DNA of 64,000 nt from contig JBHGNT010000001.1 in NCBI GenBank assembly GCA_043228905.1, positions 1,116,001 through 1,180,000 on the forward strand, given 5' to 3'. Made by a program: the position numbers and the translations under genes. The stretch comes from Azolla caroliniana. Its lineage: Eukaryota; Plantae; Polypodiophyta. Of this stretch, positions 38,249 to 52,352 are shown one piece after another; position 1 is the first letter of the stretch, and the number at the start of each line of letters is the position of its first letter. The notes below the pieces were generated by a model. The model ran no database searches and was not told the DNA's origin. It saw only the letters and a list, made by a program, of their open reading frames with translations.

Positions 38249-41172
38249 GGTCATTGGCCACCCACATGGAATAGTAGCTTCCAAGGTCTCTCTCTCTAAA
38301 GTCTAAGATTTCATACACGTTCAATGCAATACATATGTACATGTGCCTCTTGGCATTGCTCCCCACATAACATACTCATGATCCGTCCCCATCCCATACG
38401 AGTTTGGAATCCATGTCTCTGCGTGTGTGAAGACATTGGTCCCATATACATGACATTGAAGATTTATATGGGTTTCGATAAGTATGCGCATGTGGGCATT
38501 GCTCCTAGATGTATAGCATCAAATACCTATAAGACCTTGATGTGTGTGTGTACGTTGTCCTTGCTAGATAGCATTGAAGATCTTTAAGATGTTGTTAAAT
38601 GTGTGTATGTGTACATTGCTACCATGTAGATAGAATCAAAATCTATACAAGTTTGATATGTGCGTGGTTGTGTGAATATTGCTCTCATATAGAGAGAGAC
38701 CATTGACTATTTGTAAGAAAATATCAAGAAAAAAGTAGTTTGATACATATGTGTACAGTATAATCTCTAATGAGCTATATCACATACGCTAGGAAATTAT
38801 CAATATTTAGCCGTGTTGCCTAGGCTCCATGGTTGTTATGCATGGGTGCCATGTTGGCCTAGCCCCGTGTATATGTAGGGATGATCGAATATTAGATGGT
38901 TGGGTGGAAACTCATTGCCATGCCTCCCTTGTGTGAGGCTACTTGTGAAGTCGAGGTAAGCATCCACGTTGACCAAGAGCCCTATTAGATGATGTTCTTA
39001 TGCAAAACATTCTTTTCATAAAGGTAATAGAACGGACATTTGTTTAATGACTCCAACAAAAGAAAGTTTAGTTGACCTACCCTACCAAGAAGTGAGATTA
39101 TCTAGCAATTATAATTGGGAATAGTTGGCATAGTTAGGATGGAATATATTCCCTTTTCTATAAGTCCTTGCTTATGATTTTTTATTCTTTGACGAATGCT
39201 AAATATATTTTAATTACCCATTGTTCGACAATATAAATGATTAAAGGATTCTCTTACCTCTCCCAACCAAAAGAGAAGAAAGATTAGTGCAAGTGACTAT
39301 TTCTAGTGAGACCTTTCTTAAAAATAAAATGAAAACCCCCTCAACGAGTGATTGTGGCGATAAAAACACAAATGGTTGGACATGAGAATGTGAAGAAGAT
39401 GAAAATATTGAATGGTTGCTTGGACATCAAGATCAAGGATAATATGGTTTTCATTCATAAAAAGTTGCCATGGTCAGGAGCACCATGCCATTCGTCAGAC
39501 AATTTAGTCAAAGACCACGAGGAATTGTCCAATTGAACTATGACCTTGGTAATATCATTTGGGTGGCGTAGAAATCTTGCCACAACCAACACCCCTCAAG
39601 TAGATAAAAAAGGTAGGTTTCATCCTCACCTCTCAAGGATGGTAGACAAACCTTTGACAAAATTTGACCTTGTGAAAGGGGTTGTCGATAGATTGGAGAT
39701 ACTATGATGGTTGCCCACCAACAAATTTGTCAACAGGTATTTGACTTTGTTATACCATATTCGAGTCTTGGACATAAGTGTTGTTCTAAACTAGGCATGG
39801 ACTCATCGACGTAAATAACAGGAAACAATAGGTGATCCACATGTTGCTTGACTTTCTCAAGGTATTATTGATATAACCTACTTAGGATGAATGGCAAGTC
39901 ATAAATGGCTAATTTCCAAGGGATTAGATGGCACCCATTGAATGGGTGAAATCCACCTTCTTGTTAACAAGAAGGCATACAAATGATCTACCTTTGAAGA
40001 GCAACAATTTGGTGACAATGTTCACCACTCATATAACCAACATTCCTTGCTTTCTTTTGAGGATTTTTGAACATTGATTCAAGAGGAAGAGTTGCGAACT
40101 CAATAGTCGAATACAAACTCCACATTCTTTATTATATCTTATTGAAAGAAAGGAAAAACTTTATCTAAAAGATATAGTGGAGGAGGTAAATAATGTCAGG
40201 TTCGCTTGCCTTACATAGCTGCACTTAAGTTTGGATGAACCAGAATACACCTATCTCCTAGATAGTGGAATATGTTGACAACATGATTAGTTAGAGGAAG
40301 TAGTTTTAGAACTTAAGGGATGTTGAATATATGTTTGTCAAAGTGGGGAGCAATTAAATACATGTGGCCAATGAAGCAAACCATTGTCAACAAAAGGTGG
40401 AACAAACAACATGCATTGGGATCCAAAGATCTTTATCACATAGAGAACTCGGTGAGCCCCTAGAAATTCAATTAAGATGTAGACGCCACTTCCAAAATGG
40501 GAGGATGGCTCTTCACTAATAGATAGATGGCTTTCACAAATGGAAGCTCAAATTTAAGAAGGCTAGAGAAAATAGCGATGTAAACACAATGGAAGCATAT
40601 GCAAGAAGTCATGTTATCAACCCCTTCCTTATCAATGTTGCAAGTTTCAGTTGCACCCTTGACCTTGCGCTCAGGAAGATTCATTTAATATAACCTACAC
40701 AAATATTAGCTACCAACTCAATAATTAGTTTACCCAAAGGACACCTCAAATAGTGACGTCATCGAGAGGTATGTAACGGCCACCCAAGCGACATCTTTCT
40801 TGATAATCTACTCATACCTCTCCTTCTCATCACGCTTCTTGCACTTGTATGAATCACATCGGGGTGATCCATGCATGAGGTACAAACCAACTCCCCCACC
40901 ATCCATACCTTCTAACAGGGTTGTGCTTTCCATACGGAGGAGGGTAGTCATGGTCGGATCTCGGGGCGAATGTAGAGTTTTTGACCTTCATCTTGCCCCG
41001 ATGGCGAGACACGATCTTATTAATGGGGCGGTCGATGCGTCACAGCACGTGCTTGAGGAGAGGAGAGGCTCGGGTGGGTTTATTGGGGGGGTTTAACGAT
41101 TCGAGCCCAAGACCTCCCCCCCCTCAACTAGCGTCTCCATTTTGTGAGTTCTTCTTCTTCTCTGGGAAAGAA

Positions 41173-44100
41173 ATGCTCAGATCATCAGAAATGGCGAGAC
41201 TATACGGCCGTTTCTTGTTGCAGACTCGAGGATTTGTAAACTACGAAGGAGTGGGTAGAGGTAGTGGTAATGGAATAAGAAGGCCACCATCACCATCACC
41301 ATCACCATCATCATCATCCCCCCTCCCTCCTGCTGTTGAGAAGGAAGAATGGTGGGCTGTGGATGGAGAGCTCTTCAGAGCGGAGAAGTTTGACCCCAAG
41401 CAGGTCCTCTCCCCCCTTGAGAATGAACATATCCCCAACAAGAAGCGAAGGAAGGATCGAATGAAGCACCTTGCTCAAACCCGCCTCAAGTTTAGAAACC
41501 AAGTAAGCTAAAACTACAGTTATTCTTCTTCTTCTTTATGGTGATGGGTTAGCGGTACATATGTATTACATTAGACTAATTCTTGATGATGATTATGACT
41601 ATGTACGTGCATTAATTGAGTAAAAAAAATGCTTTTTCTTGACGATGATGATGCTGTGGATGTAGTTATGCATTTTATGATCATGATATATGTGCATTAA
41701 AAAAAGACTTATTTTGGATGGTGATGTGATAGTGAATTGTGTGGCAATTAATTGAGTAAATTAAAAACAGATTTCTTATTGATGATGATGAATATGTATG
41801 TGTTTCTAGTCTAAAAAATAAGGACGACTACGTCTAGATGGTGAATATCTGTATGCAAATTTTATAAGAACTTTTGGCTAGCTTGGTTTGATGTAAATGA
41901 ATCTGCGTTGTGATAAGTCAGGAGGAGGTTTGAGTGCTTAGTTTTTTTCTATGATCATTTGCATCTTTATTCTGTTTCTTATGTCTCGTGAGTGCATATC
42001 ATAAGATGCAAACAAGAAGAGGCAGGAGTTCTAAATAAAAGACATTTAAATAATCTAAGTGTGTTGCCACTTGGCTAAAAATATAAAGAGAAAATATATC
42101 AGAATTAAACTTTTTTAAATTAAATGTTTTATTCAGGATGCTTGCCATGATTAGTTTGATATATCCGTAAACTATAATTTGCTAGGGTCAAGAAGCATAT
42201 TGGGCTGCGTACATGAGAAGATATCAGATACTGAGAAATGAGTGGGAAAAGCTTGTTTGGGATCCAAAACCAGAACCAAAACCAAAGTCCCGCAATCCGT
42301 TGTTTGTAGCAGAAGAGACCGAGAAGTATGTTTGGAGGGACCCTCGGCGGGATGCATACAAGATGAATAATCAACCACTTGGAAGGTTGGTACTACTAAA
42401 TTCTAATGACGTGAAAGCGATCGAATACAGAAATTTGATTAAATAGGAAATAAGTAGATGATTTGTTGTTGTAAACCTACATTTAAAATCACTGTTAGTG
42501 AAGGGAGGTGTTCTAACAACACGGGGTTGCGCCTATTTTTTAGCATTGCTAACAACATTCTATGCTAATGTGGCATTCAGAGACCAAATTTCGTAGTTCA
42601 TCACATTATTTACTTTTTACTGAAGGAGACATAATATACCTTGAGGCACATACTAACTTTTGTTTGTAAATGCATGCAGGATGGATAAGTCTTTGCCCAC
42701 ATCAAAGTTTGACACAAAGGTTTGTAACTATAGACTTTACATCTGTTTTTTCCCCATGATGATAAGATGGTCACTTTGTGCTTATATTCTTTAAACAATA
42801 AAAAAAAATATCATGCACAATTGTTTACTGCGTGTAGTGGTATTCAAGCTCGAATACCAACAATGGAGAGTTTTTAGTTGTAAGTAAATTACTTATGAAT
42901 GATCAAAGAAATCTTAGAAGAATGATGTTCCAAAAAGAAAAACCAGGAGAGAAATATGGCTATATAACCACATTTAATTATAGCGTATAGGAGGGTCGAT
43001 ATTGTTTTAAAAACTTCAGTTTCCTAGAGCTTTAGATTCTTTATTAGGGTTCTTTGATCCTTGGATAGTGAAAAAGCTTGTGTTTGCTCAATAGATGTAA
43101 GCTTTTATGAGAATATGAAAATCTATTAATAGAGCGTTTCCAATCTTTCCCTCAAGCAATCCTTTGAGATATGATCTTCACAAGGGGTGATCCAAGGTGG
43201 AGAGGCCGCTAAACCGGAAAGAAACATGGACTTTAATCTCACAATGATTGGGAGATTGTAGATTGGGTTAAGAAACGATGAAATCACTGCAGAGTGATGA
43301 TTCCTTGGTGCACGATTGAAACCTCGATGACTTGATAAAGTAATGGACAGGTCTGAGCATGGTAAAACGTTGACTGAGACAAATGTACATTCTCATGTGG
43401 ACTTTTTCCGTTGAATTGCAGTTGGATTCTATAGGTATTAGGCACGTGGTTTAGAAATGGAATCACATCAAAGTTCCCAAGTCCGTGAGAGAGAACATTT
43501 GGTCGTCTAAATATGACATATAATCTTTGTTTTACTTTTTGATGGTATATCAGTCCTTCATGGTCTAATAGCAATAGGGATATTGCTAAGTTCCTCGAAG
43601 AATCCTTAAGTTTGGTTAATTGATTAGTGAGCCAACTCAAGGAGATGAAGATCAGCTATTGCAGGAGAACATCTCAGGTTGAAGTCATTGTGATGTCGTG
43701 TTGTGTTATTACACTATAAAGTGATTTTTGCTCTCTTCTGATCTCTCTGGATCTCTTTCTGAATGTTGTGTTTTATTTAATGTTATGACAATCCACACCG
43801 GTAACTTCTGTTTGCTGTAATACATTCAAATTTAATCATGAAGTACATTGGTCTCTTGGCAACTCTCAATTCCCTTGTGAGAGATCATCTACTTCGAAGA
43901 AATCCTCCACTTATTCATAAAACTGTGGAGACACTATGTTTGTTATGCTTCATCGAGAGAAGATGCCAGTCAATGCAAGTGAACAACTGAGCAATGGTTG
44001 CATATTTCTTGGTCAATGTAAGAAGGATAATTCTCACTGGGAGGTCTCATGGTAGAGATTTTCCAAGCACCAAGGTAGATCTGCCTATGTTATTCTTGTA

Positions 44101-45292
44101 GTAGTATAGATGCTCAATCCAAAGAAAAGCAGATTGCAGGCTTCACGAGCTTGTGAATGTTCTATTTTCTTGGTTCATAATTCAACTTATAATGTCTACT
44201 CATGAAGGCCTACATGTATATATCTACTCATAAAACAACAGCGTGCATACTCCTCACATTGACATGTTTTTTTGTTGAATTACTTTCCAGCCACATTTAA
44301 ATTATCCTAATATTCATTAAATATCAAAATTTTTTGCTGGTGGGTATTTGCAGAATGCAGTCAAGGTACAAAACATGGATAGGTATCCGTTCGCATGGGA
44401 AAGGGATACTGGTAGTATTGTCTCTTATGTGTTGCATTCTTGTACTTAAATCTCCCTTTTAAAGATCAGCACAAATAGCCATACATGTGTCTACGCATAT
44501 GTTAATGTGGCTGGATCTCACATCTCGCTTATTTGGGTTTGCTCTTAAATATAAAGGTAGAAATAGAAGCCAAGGACAAGGACATGGAATGGAACATCAA
44601 TCTCAGAAGCATCGGGATGATGTATCTTCCTTTGAAACTGATGATGAGCTTGACGGATTAGATTTCAATTGGGATGAAGAGGAAAGTGAAAGTGGAAGTG
44701 AGAACGACGAAAATGAAACCGAGAATGAAAGAGAACATAAATCAAGCTTGGGAAAACCTCTTTCATGTATATAAACTCTTTTACTAGATATGCCTTTTTC
44801 TATGTTTTCACTCTTACAAGCATATACAACCTGAACTTTTATCAACTCCGTAAGGCATATGTATATGCTTACAATATGTTAACAGTGATCCATTCACATT
44901 TGTTTGGTTTTTCTTTAGGTGGATCAAGTGGGCCTGGAAGACCTACTAGTCATAGGACCGACAACCATAGAACCAAAGACTACTTTAAGAAGCTAGATGA
45001 GGATTTTGATGGTGATTACAATATTAAAAAGGGTTCTAAAAGCAAAGTAAATGGAATGGATCATCTATCCCGACATCGACATGATGTATCATCTTCTGAA
45101 AATGATGATGAAATTGGAGGTCTAGAAAGTTGGGATGAAGATGAGAGCGAAAGTAGAAGTGAGGATGAAAGTGAAAGTGAAAGTGAAAGGGAAGTTGCAA
45201 GTGAGCATGAAAGTGAACAAAAATCAGGTCCGAAAAGAAGAGGTTGGTATGGCCATGAGGATGACCTCTTTAAAGACACTGATTCAGATTAG
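41173..45292 (+). CDS. Conserved plant protein of unknown function, probably mitochondrial, with acidic low-complexity C-terminus (5 exons)
   Basis: Exons 41173-41502, 42186-42385, 44354-44382, 44557-44766 and 44919-45292 are phase-compatible. Arg/Leu-rich presequence-like start (MARLYGRFLLQTRGF) and a conserved-looking core EEWWAVDGE...IPNKKRRK...TRL...W...Y..Y..LRNEWEKLVWD. The last three exons are less certain. Confidence 0.7.
42900..43670 (+). mobile_element. Degenerate Ty1/copia pol remnant in intron 2
   Basis: Fragments resemble the integrase tail (RVL..P...KLVF..DVSFYE) and RT (DDL), with many stops. Confidence 0.4.
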
Positions 45293-46054
45293 GTAGTGGA
45301 AGAAGCAAAATATCCATGTGTAAGTTTGATATTGAGTAAGTGCTCATATTTATATATGTTTTGATGTAAAGGAGTATATGCTCAACTCACTATACCAAGT
45401 TTTGAGCCATGATTTAATCATTTAGGAATCGAAAAATCAAACTGTTTGAAAGGCTCTTGGAGGTATACGCTCCCAAAGCTTTACAAAGATATAAACAGAG
45501 AGTAGAACCTACTAATGTATCTTTTGGAGTCAGAATTAGCTTGAATGAGTATTGTCTGTCAATTACTACGAAGAAAAAGACATTCATGATGACATTTCTC
45601 CTTGTCACAGTTCTGTAAGTCCTGGTTGAAATTATGCCAACCAAATTGTGTTGGTGAATTTAGATAGAACATTTTTCCAACAAGATAATATCATTTTTAT
45701 TGTATGAAATATGTAACTTTTGTGTTTATGTTAAAACTAAATTGATATCGTTCCACTAGTATGATGAAATGACATACATGATGACATTTATCCTCTTCAT
45801 GTATCAGTAAGTACTGATCTTAAAAAATCAGAATTCAACATGCATGATGAAGTAAATGGTTTTGACAAATTTAGACAAATAATTTTTCCATCAGTACAAC
45901 ATTTTTATTCTGTAAATGTGGAACTTCATTCATTGAATCATGCCTACTTGTTTATGGGACTAAGCATAGGACTGAAGCAAATTGTTTTAAATTTGGATAA
46001 ATTACTATTTTTCTATCAGTATAACATTTTTATTTGATAAACATGATATTTCCA

Positions 46055-46166
46055 TAGTTCTCTCTCCCTACTTGGCAGGGCTCAAGCTGAACCAAACCGA
46101 GGTCAAACTGTTTAAGCAGGTTTAGCAGATTGGTTTAGGCTTGAGCTGAGCCGTTGCCAATTCCTA
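46055..46166. mobile_element. Truncated right end of the same hAT-like MITE (copy 3)
   Basis: ttggcagggctcaagctgaacc...gcttgagctgagccgttgccaattccta matches the right arm and TIR of the copies at 6383 and 55899. Confidence 0.75.
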
Positions 46167-46669
46167 GTTGTAAGTTACAGATGGTATCTCTGAAAAGTGA
46201 GCATAAAGTTAAGGAGCTAATTTAAAAAAGGTATTTTCACATGTCCATGAAAGATATAGCAATATCATATGTCCATTGTCAAGTCTAATGTAAAACCAAC
46301 ATATCCACTTGTATACAATCTTTTAATTTTCTCCTTGGTTTCTGATGAATTATATAAAGTGTGCTTTTGTTTTTATGAAATTGCCATCCTATGTAAATGT
46401 ATGTCATTCTACATGATCACAGTGAGCAGTAGTCAAAATGTATATGTTTTGTAAATCATGATTTCAGTGCTCATAAGTGGCTGCCAAATACAAAAAAACA
46501 ACATATTCCATTTCAGAAACAAACAACAGTGATTATAATGATATACATTGTATTATGTATGTATTATGATATACATTGTACATAAAAATCAGTTGGAATA
46601 TTCATTATGCATAAAAATAAGTTAGAACATATAAATTCTTCACATGCCATTGCGTATTTGCCTCATTCC

Positions 46670-49526
46670 TTAATCACTCCTAGGCCGAACTCCCAACAAC
46701 TCAATGTCAAAAATGAGTGTGCCAAGGGTTGACCCTTCGCCATTTGCGAGTCGAGTCGGATTGAATATTGTTGTGTATAGTCTCTGCCTATCAAAGATCT
46801 GCAAGAAGTTACGGAAGCGTTTTCATTTTCACTTTACTTTTGTCATTGCTACCTCTTATCTACCAACTAAAGTCAAATTGTCTTCTTATAGAAACCATTC
46901 TATCAACTTAATAATTCTCTTTCAGCTTTCAGCAATGTTGTTGCATGCACCAACATAAATAAAAAATGCAATTATTAATTAGATTAGTAAAAAGAGTCAC
47001 TGTGACCCCATGTTGATATATTTCCTTACATTAGGTGGAATTGGACCTTGTGAAGTGTTTTGGTAGCCCTTGGAAGGAGGAATGATTACACGGCGAACAC
47101 CACCTTCCTTCATTGTTTGAACCGCTAAATCCAGCCCTTCAATCACCTTCAATATACATCATCAAATACGTTTTTTTATTCATTTTATGGGGCTATCTCT
47201 AGTGGTAACCCATGTTTTTTACTAACACATAATGTAGAAGTGAGTTGAATCCCAACAATGTACGGGCTGAATATATGAAATTCTGGTATTTGGCAAGAGA
47301 CAGGACCCCACCAAAAACTCTCCCTTACCAAACTTCAGTCACGGTTTTTTGTATTTGAAAATTTCAACCTATCAAACTTGACCTATTTGCACTAAAACCT
47401 TTGATGAGAATCACAATCTGTTAAGTTGGGCATCTTGACCAATGATACATGGATGGCCACTGTCAACTGTTTTTGGTGAAAAATCGGCAATCTGAGTAAA
47501 GAGCAGATTTATAATTATTTGCCACAAATCATTCAGAAAATAGATTTCTTTTACCTTAGCTATGAATTTGTTTAGCAAATATATATTACCCAGCACTGTT
47601 AGAAGAATAAAGTACTCAATTATGTTACTTGCTTGCCTTGCACAAAATCAGATCCTTAATCTCACAATGAAGTACATTGGTTAGTAATTGAAATACCAGT
47701 AACTTCTCCTAATGGAGCAATCATGTACCCACTTTAGTAGAGCAATCTTAAGATAGCGCACCTAAATATAGAAAAAGACATGGAAAAGGGTGAAAGAGTT
47801 CCATATCTTACAGTGCCAGATCCAATGATAAACACATATGGTACTGGAGCACCGGTCTCATCTTTGTGATCGTACGTTGAATCAAAGCGCCAACCTTGCT
47901 TAGCTGCAAGTCTTGCGTAATAATGAATCTCTACCTGAGAAAAAAATGGATGAGCAGGTTTTTGGAACAACTCATATGTACCTATACCTATACATATAAA
48001 AGAACTTCAAAAACAGAGTTTGCATGATATGGGTAACTTTACCTTCTTTCAAAGCGCATTGTGCACACATATGCACCATAACCTTAATCAGGAGTCAGGA
48101 AATTAGGCTGTAGATACAAGCAAGGGGATGGCTTTGTCTGAACATTTATAGTTTAGGCTTGAAAGCTATGGCCCAGACAACAAGGACAGGGTTTATGGAA
48201 TATAAAAGGCTAAGTACCCTCTTGTGTACTTACATTGAGATATATTTTGTAATCACACGTTAGATGTCCCTATAGCCAACTGATGCACATTGGGTTGGAG
48301 GATTATGGTTAGTGACAGTTAATCTAAGTTTTTCAACTTATTGTTTACTTGAGTTTGTTTTGATAAATCACATTATTTTAAATCATGAAACACAATCCTA
48401 ACATAATGAGTTGGTGGCACTCTATGCTTTTAGTGTCATCCTCGTTTCTTAATCATCATGACATGCAGAAGGCAAGAGCAACCACTGTTTTTTAAGACTT
48501 TTTTTTATGACAGTATCTGCACTACAATGAGCATTTAAAACTCATGGAAAACGAGTCCACTTATGAGGAAATCTGTTATGCAACCATTTAAACAGTTTAT
48601 TTGTAACAGATTTAATTATGCAAATATATATGGCTCATGATGTCCAATGCACTATATAGCATCTTCCACTTATCTCTTGATTTCTTTTACTTTTTGAGTT
48701 GTCCTAACTTTTGGTAGATAACCAGTAAAGAGACATTATACATACAAAGGATACTTATCTAATGATTGTTGTACATTATTTAAACACCAATGGTTAATTA
48801 CATTGTTTCAATTACGATCCAAGCCCAATAGCTAGCATTATCCTTTAGCCTTAATTAAATAGTAATAATATAGTTACGTATATGAGCATAACAAAATCCT
48901 TCTAGATGATCACTTTTTGATCGAATAAATTCTATACATAATAACCAAAATCTTGCTTTCTCTCTGTCACAAATCTCCCACTAAACCAATTTAATTTTTG
49001 TTCACCACACATCTGCCTTAATCTCCACCACACACAAAAGGAGGCATTATATCATTTCTAAACCATAATGTTAACCCTATCCCTAATTGCATTATTCAGA
49101 ACGTGATCCCTAAACAGATGAATTGCAAACGTCATTTTATGCATTAAATGGTGTTCAGTCCAAACAACACACACACACACACACCCAAATGAGATGATTC
49201 AAAGTATTAACCTTGTCACCAGGTCTAGGGGATCTCCCAGAACCTTCCCGAATGTCGAGCGCTTTGACACTGTCATTACTGTCTTCCAAGTCATGGAACC
49301 GGGGTCTTTCATCCGAAGCAAAAGAAATAGAGGAATCCACATGAATGAGAGAAGGTAATCCAGACCCAAGCAATATAACAGAGAGAAGCTCTCTTCTTCT
49401 TGTTCTTCTTCTACCTCTGTTACAAATTCTTGTTGTGCTGGGGGTTTGAAGGCTATGGAGTGATATTGATTCTGGGCATCTTACTGTTTGTGAAGAAAAG
49501 CTGCAAGTTGGAAGCAGAGCTGCCAT
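46670..49526 (-). CDS. FKBP16-1: Chloroplast thylakoid-lumen FKBP-type PPIase FKBP16-1 (~227 aa, 4 exons)
   Basis: Exons 49212-49526, 47812-47934, 47030-47146 and 46670-46798. Ser-rich transit peptide, twin-arginine TRRRELL, and motifs IHYYARLAAKQGWRFDSTYDH and FDRQRLYTTIFNPTRLANGEGSTLGTLIFDIEL. Confidence 0.92.
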
Positions 49527-50842
49527 GCCTTCCCTAACAATGAATGAAGAAGAAGGAAAAGCCGATTTCTTGTTTTTTTTGTTTGCATTTGTGCTTGGCC
49601 ATTTGTATTCTGCTTTTTTGCTTTTACCTTTGCTTTTCTTCACTAGAAGTTACATAGAGATTGTTTGTGGGCTTTTTTCTCATTTCTTTGTCTCGGGCAG
49701 AGTCGTATTGGTCAACACTTGTCTTTTGGTTTTACGCCATCTCGATATATTCGCTCACCGACTTCTGATATTGATCGGTCATAGAACTGACATTCCAAAA
49801 TTTCTTGAATCCACCCGAACCAGAAAAGCATATGGTTGATTGACTTGTGAATGCTTTGTGCAAAGCGAAGTTGATGATTCACACCAAAGTACCTTTTCCA
49901 GGTAGAACTAGAACTAACGATAATCCAAGCAAACCACATTTGGTGAAGGTAGTGTATCCTCCATTTACACAACTTGAAATACCACTATAGTTCTTTTTGG
50001 CCTTTTGACTTTTGCGTTTTTGGTCTTGCTTTCCTTCATTTGGCGTTAGGATGGATGCTCCTCTTATGTGCCCAACTTGGTGTTAGGATCATGACTCTTG
50101 AGAATCCGGCATCCTGTAGGGTTCAATGGAAATTCATTGGGAAAAAAATGATCTCCTATAGTTCTATCTTCAATATGACTCAATTCACATTCTCTTCTAT
50201 GTGAGATGGGAGATCGAGAGGACACTTATCAATTGGTGCATAACTTGTCCCAAACAAGTTTATGAGTCTTCAAAATAGAGATTAAATTTTGAACTATTTT
50301 TTTGGAAAATAATAAAAAATAAAAAAAATAAAACTATTTACACAGGGTACTTAAACGCTTATCTCGTTAGGTTATTTCTGGATCTATATGGTTCCTGATA
50401 TTATAGAAAAAAGATAGCAGAAAAGTAAAACATGCACCTGAGATAAAAATGAAAGTGCCAATTTTCTTGTAACTTCGATATCCAACAACTCCAAATGTTC
50501 ACAGTTTCCTTTCTCTAGATTTGCATACAAATGCAATTTTCTAATATACTTGAATATTCTTTTACCTGATAATTTGCATATAAGCTTCTGCATGGCCAAT
50601 GCAATATTGATAGGCCCTTTTGTTACAAATTTGCACACACGCAAAAGTATATACCAAACAGTACACTTGATCGTGCATTTAGAGACCCTGCTTTACTTTT
50701 GTGTAAAACAACTCACTAAATAAATAAAATGTTGTGTTTCAAATTGGGAAGCATACAAAAGAAACCTGGATGTAACTGAACATTTGAGCATCACATTTTT
50801 TTATGCAGGTATCAAAACTAACAATAGTTATGTAAGAGGGAT

Positions 50843-50992
50843 TGTGGAAGTTAAACCATAATTAGCTAAGCTTGGCGAAACTGAGTATGTTTTTTAACAG
50901 TATTATAGTAAAAAATTGCACAAGTATACATCAAAATTGCTTGTGGAAGTTAAACCATAATTAGCTAAGCTGATCAAAGTTGAGTATGTTTT
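50843..50992. repeat. Short tandem duplication (~99-bp period)
   Basis: tgtggaagttaaaccataattagctaagct...tgagtatgtttt occurs twice. Confidence 0.7.
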
Positions 50993-51326
50993 GTTTTTTG
51001 ATCATATTGTCGTAACAAATCACATAAGGATTCTTCACACAGGAGAATCATCATCACTTCGAGGCATGTCCTTCTGCTTTTACAGAGGAATCTCTCATAA
51101 GAGTTAACAGATGTGAGCACATTCCAGTAGCTCAGCCAACCAAATATGAGAACCTCATATGAAGGCTACCATAAAGCACGGTCAAAAATCATAATAAGAA
51201 TACCACAAAATTCCATGAAATAAGCATCATAGTGTCAGTAGACACAAGAGCATCACCGCAATCTTAATCATCATAGTTTGCACATAATTTCGTTATGGTC
51301 AAGGCTCCATATGTTTTGTTGCACTT

Positions 51327-52216
51327 TCAATCTTGTCTTTTTGCATCTGCATTTCCCATGCTTTCTGACCTCAGATTTTGCACTTCTAGCCTCAGCTCTT
51401 GATTTTGCACTTCTGGCACCTTTGAGCTCATCTTTTGGTTTTTCAGTGTTTCAACATCATGTTTATCTTTTCCAGAGCTTCCGTCCTCTGTGTTTGTATC
51501 CCTCTCAAGATATATTGTGTATTTGTCAGATAAACCCTTGCATTTCTCTATAGGGTATTTCTTGGAGTTCTTTTCTATTTTCTTAAGCGAAGCTTCACCC
51601 AAGTTCACATTGCAAATGTCAGCGAGCCGAACCAAATATAAGAGCACATCAGAGAGCTCATCACCCAAATGCTCTCTCTCCTCGGAACTCCAACCAGGGA
51701 GACCTTTCTGAACTTCTCCCTTCCATTGGAATATCTCAGCAAGCTCCCCAACTTCTCCAACCTTCAAAAAGAAAAAAACACAAAAAAATAACTAATTTGG
51801 CCTAAACATGAAGAGAACAGAATCTCAAACCCCTAAAGACGAAGAAAACCTCATAGACAAAGATGAAGAAAGTTACACAGAAAAAAATTCCTCACAACAT
51901 TAAAGATGAAAAGATCCTTTACAAGAAAAGAAACATTCACACACAGAGAAAAAAGGAACTTTCGACCTAAATCTGAAGAAAGAATGAATTTTTTTAGAAG
52001 AAGATCAAACAGAGCCCGGAAACCGTAAAATTGAAGAGCCAGCGGAATTATCTCAGAAATAAAGACAAGGATTTTAACAAATACCAAAGCAAGCAGGAGG
52101 TTCCTTGGGCTATGGAACTTTCCCCAGTCTCTAACATTCGCAAAATCCTCCATCTTCGTCTTCAAGAGAGAGAGAGATACTGACTTCTCAGCGCGAGAGG
52201 TGTCCTCCTCTTCCAT
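51327..52216 (-). CDS. DCTPP1: dCTP pyrophosphatase 1 (MazG-like all-alpha NTP pyrophosphatase), ~188 aa, 2 exons
   Basis: Exons 52085-52216 and 51327-51761. Motifs FANVRDWGKFHSPRNLLLALVGEVGELAEIFQWKGE, EHLGDELSDVLLYLVRLADIC and KNSKKYP. Confidence 0.92.
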
Positions 52217-52352
52217 TGGGCGATGCCAGAAATGATGGGTTCTCGAAGCTTTCTGCAAGGGCTTGCAAGAAGCTTCACGGGTCAATGTTTGGCGACACTT
52301 CGGTTTTGAGCGCAGGACCTTCTCTTAAACAACAAGACCTTTGTCCAGCTTC

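Noticed and set aside
38800-40700. Possible LTR retrotransposon between GRV2 and the + strand gene
   Set aside because: It has TE-like composition and PPT-like purine runs near 40310-40350, but I could not identify paired LTRs or clear pol motifs.
42138-42153. Alternative acceptor TTCAG/GATGCT for exon 2 of the + strand gene
   Set aside because: It gives an in-frame stop after five codons; the acceptor at 42186 preserves the conserved-looking frame.
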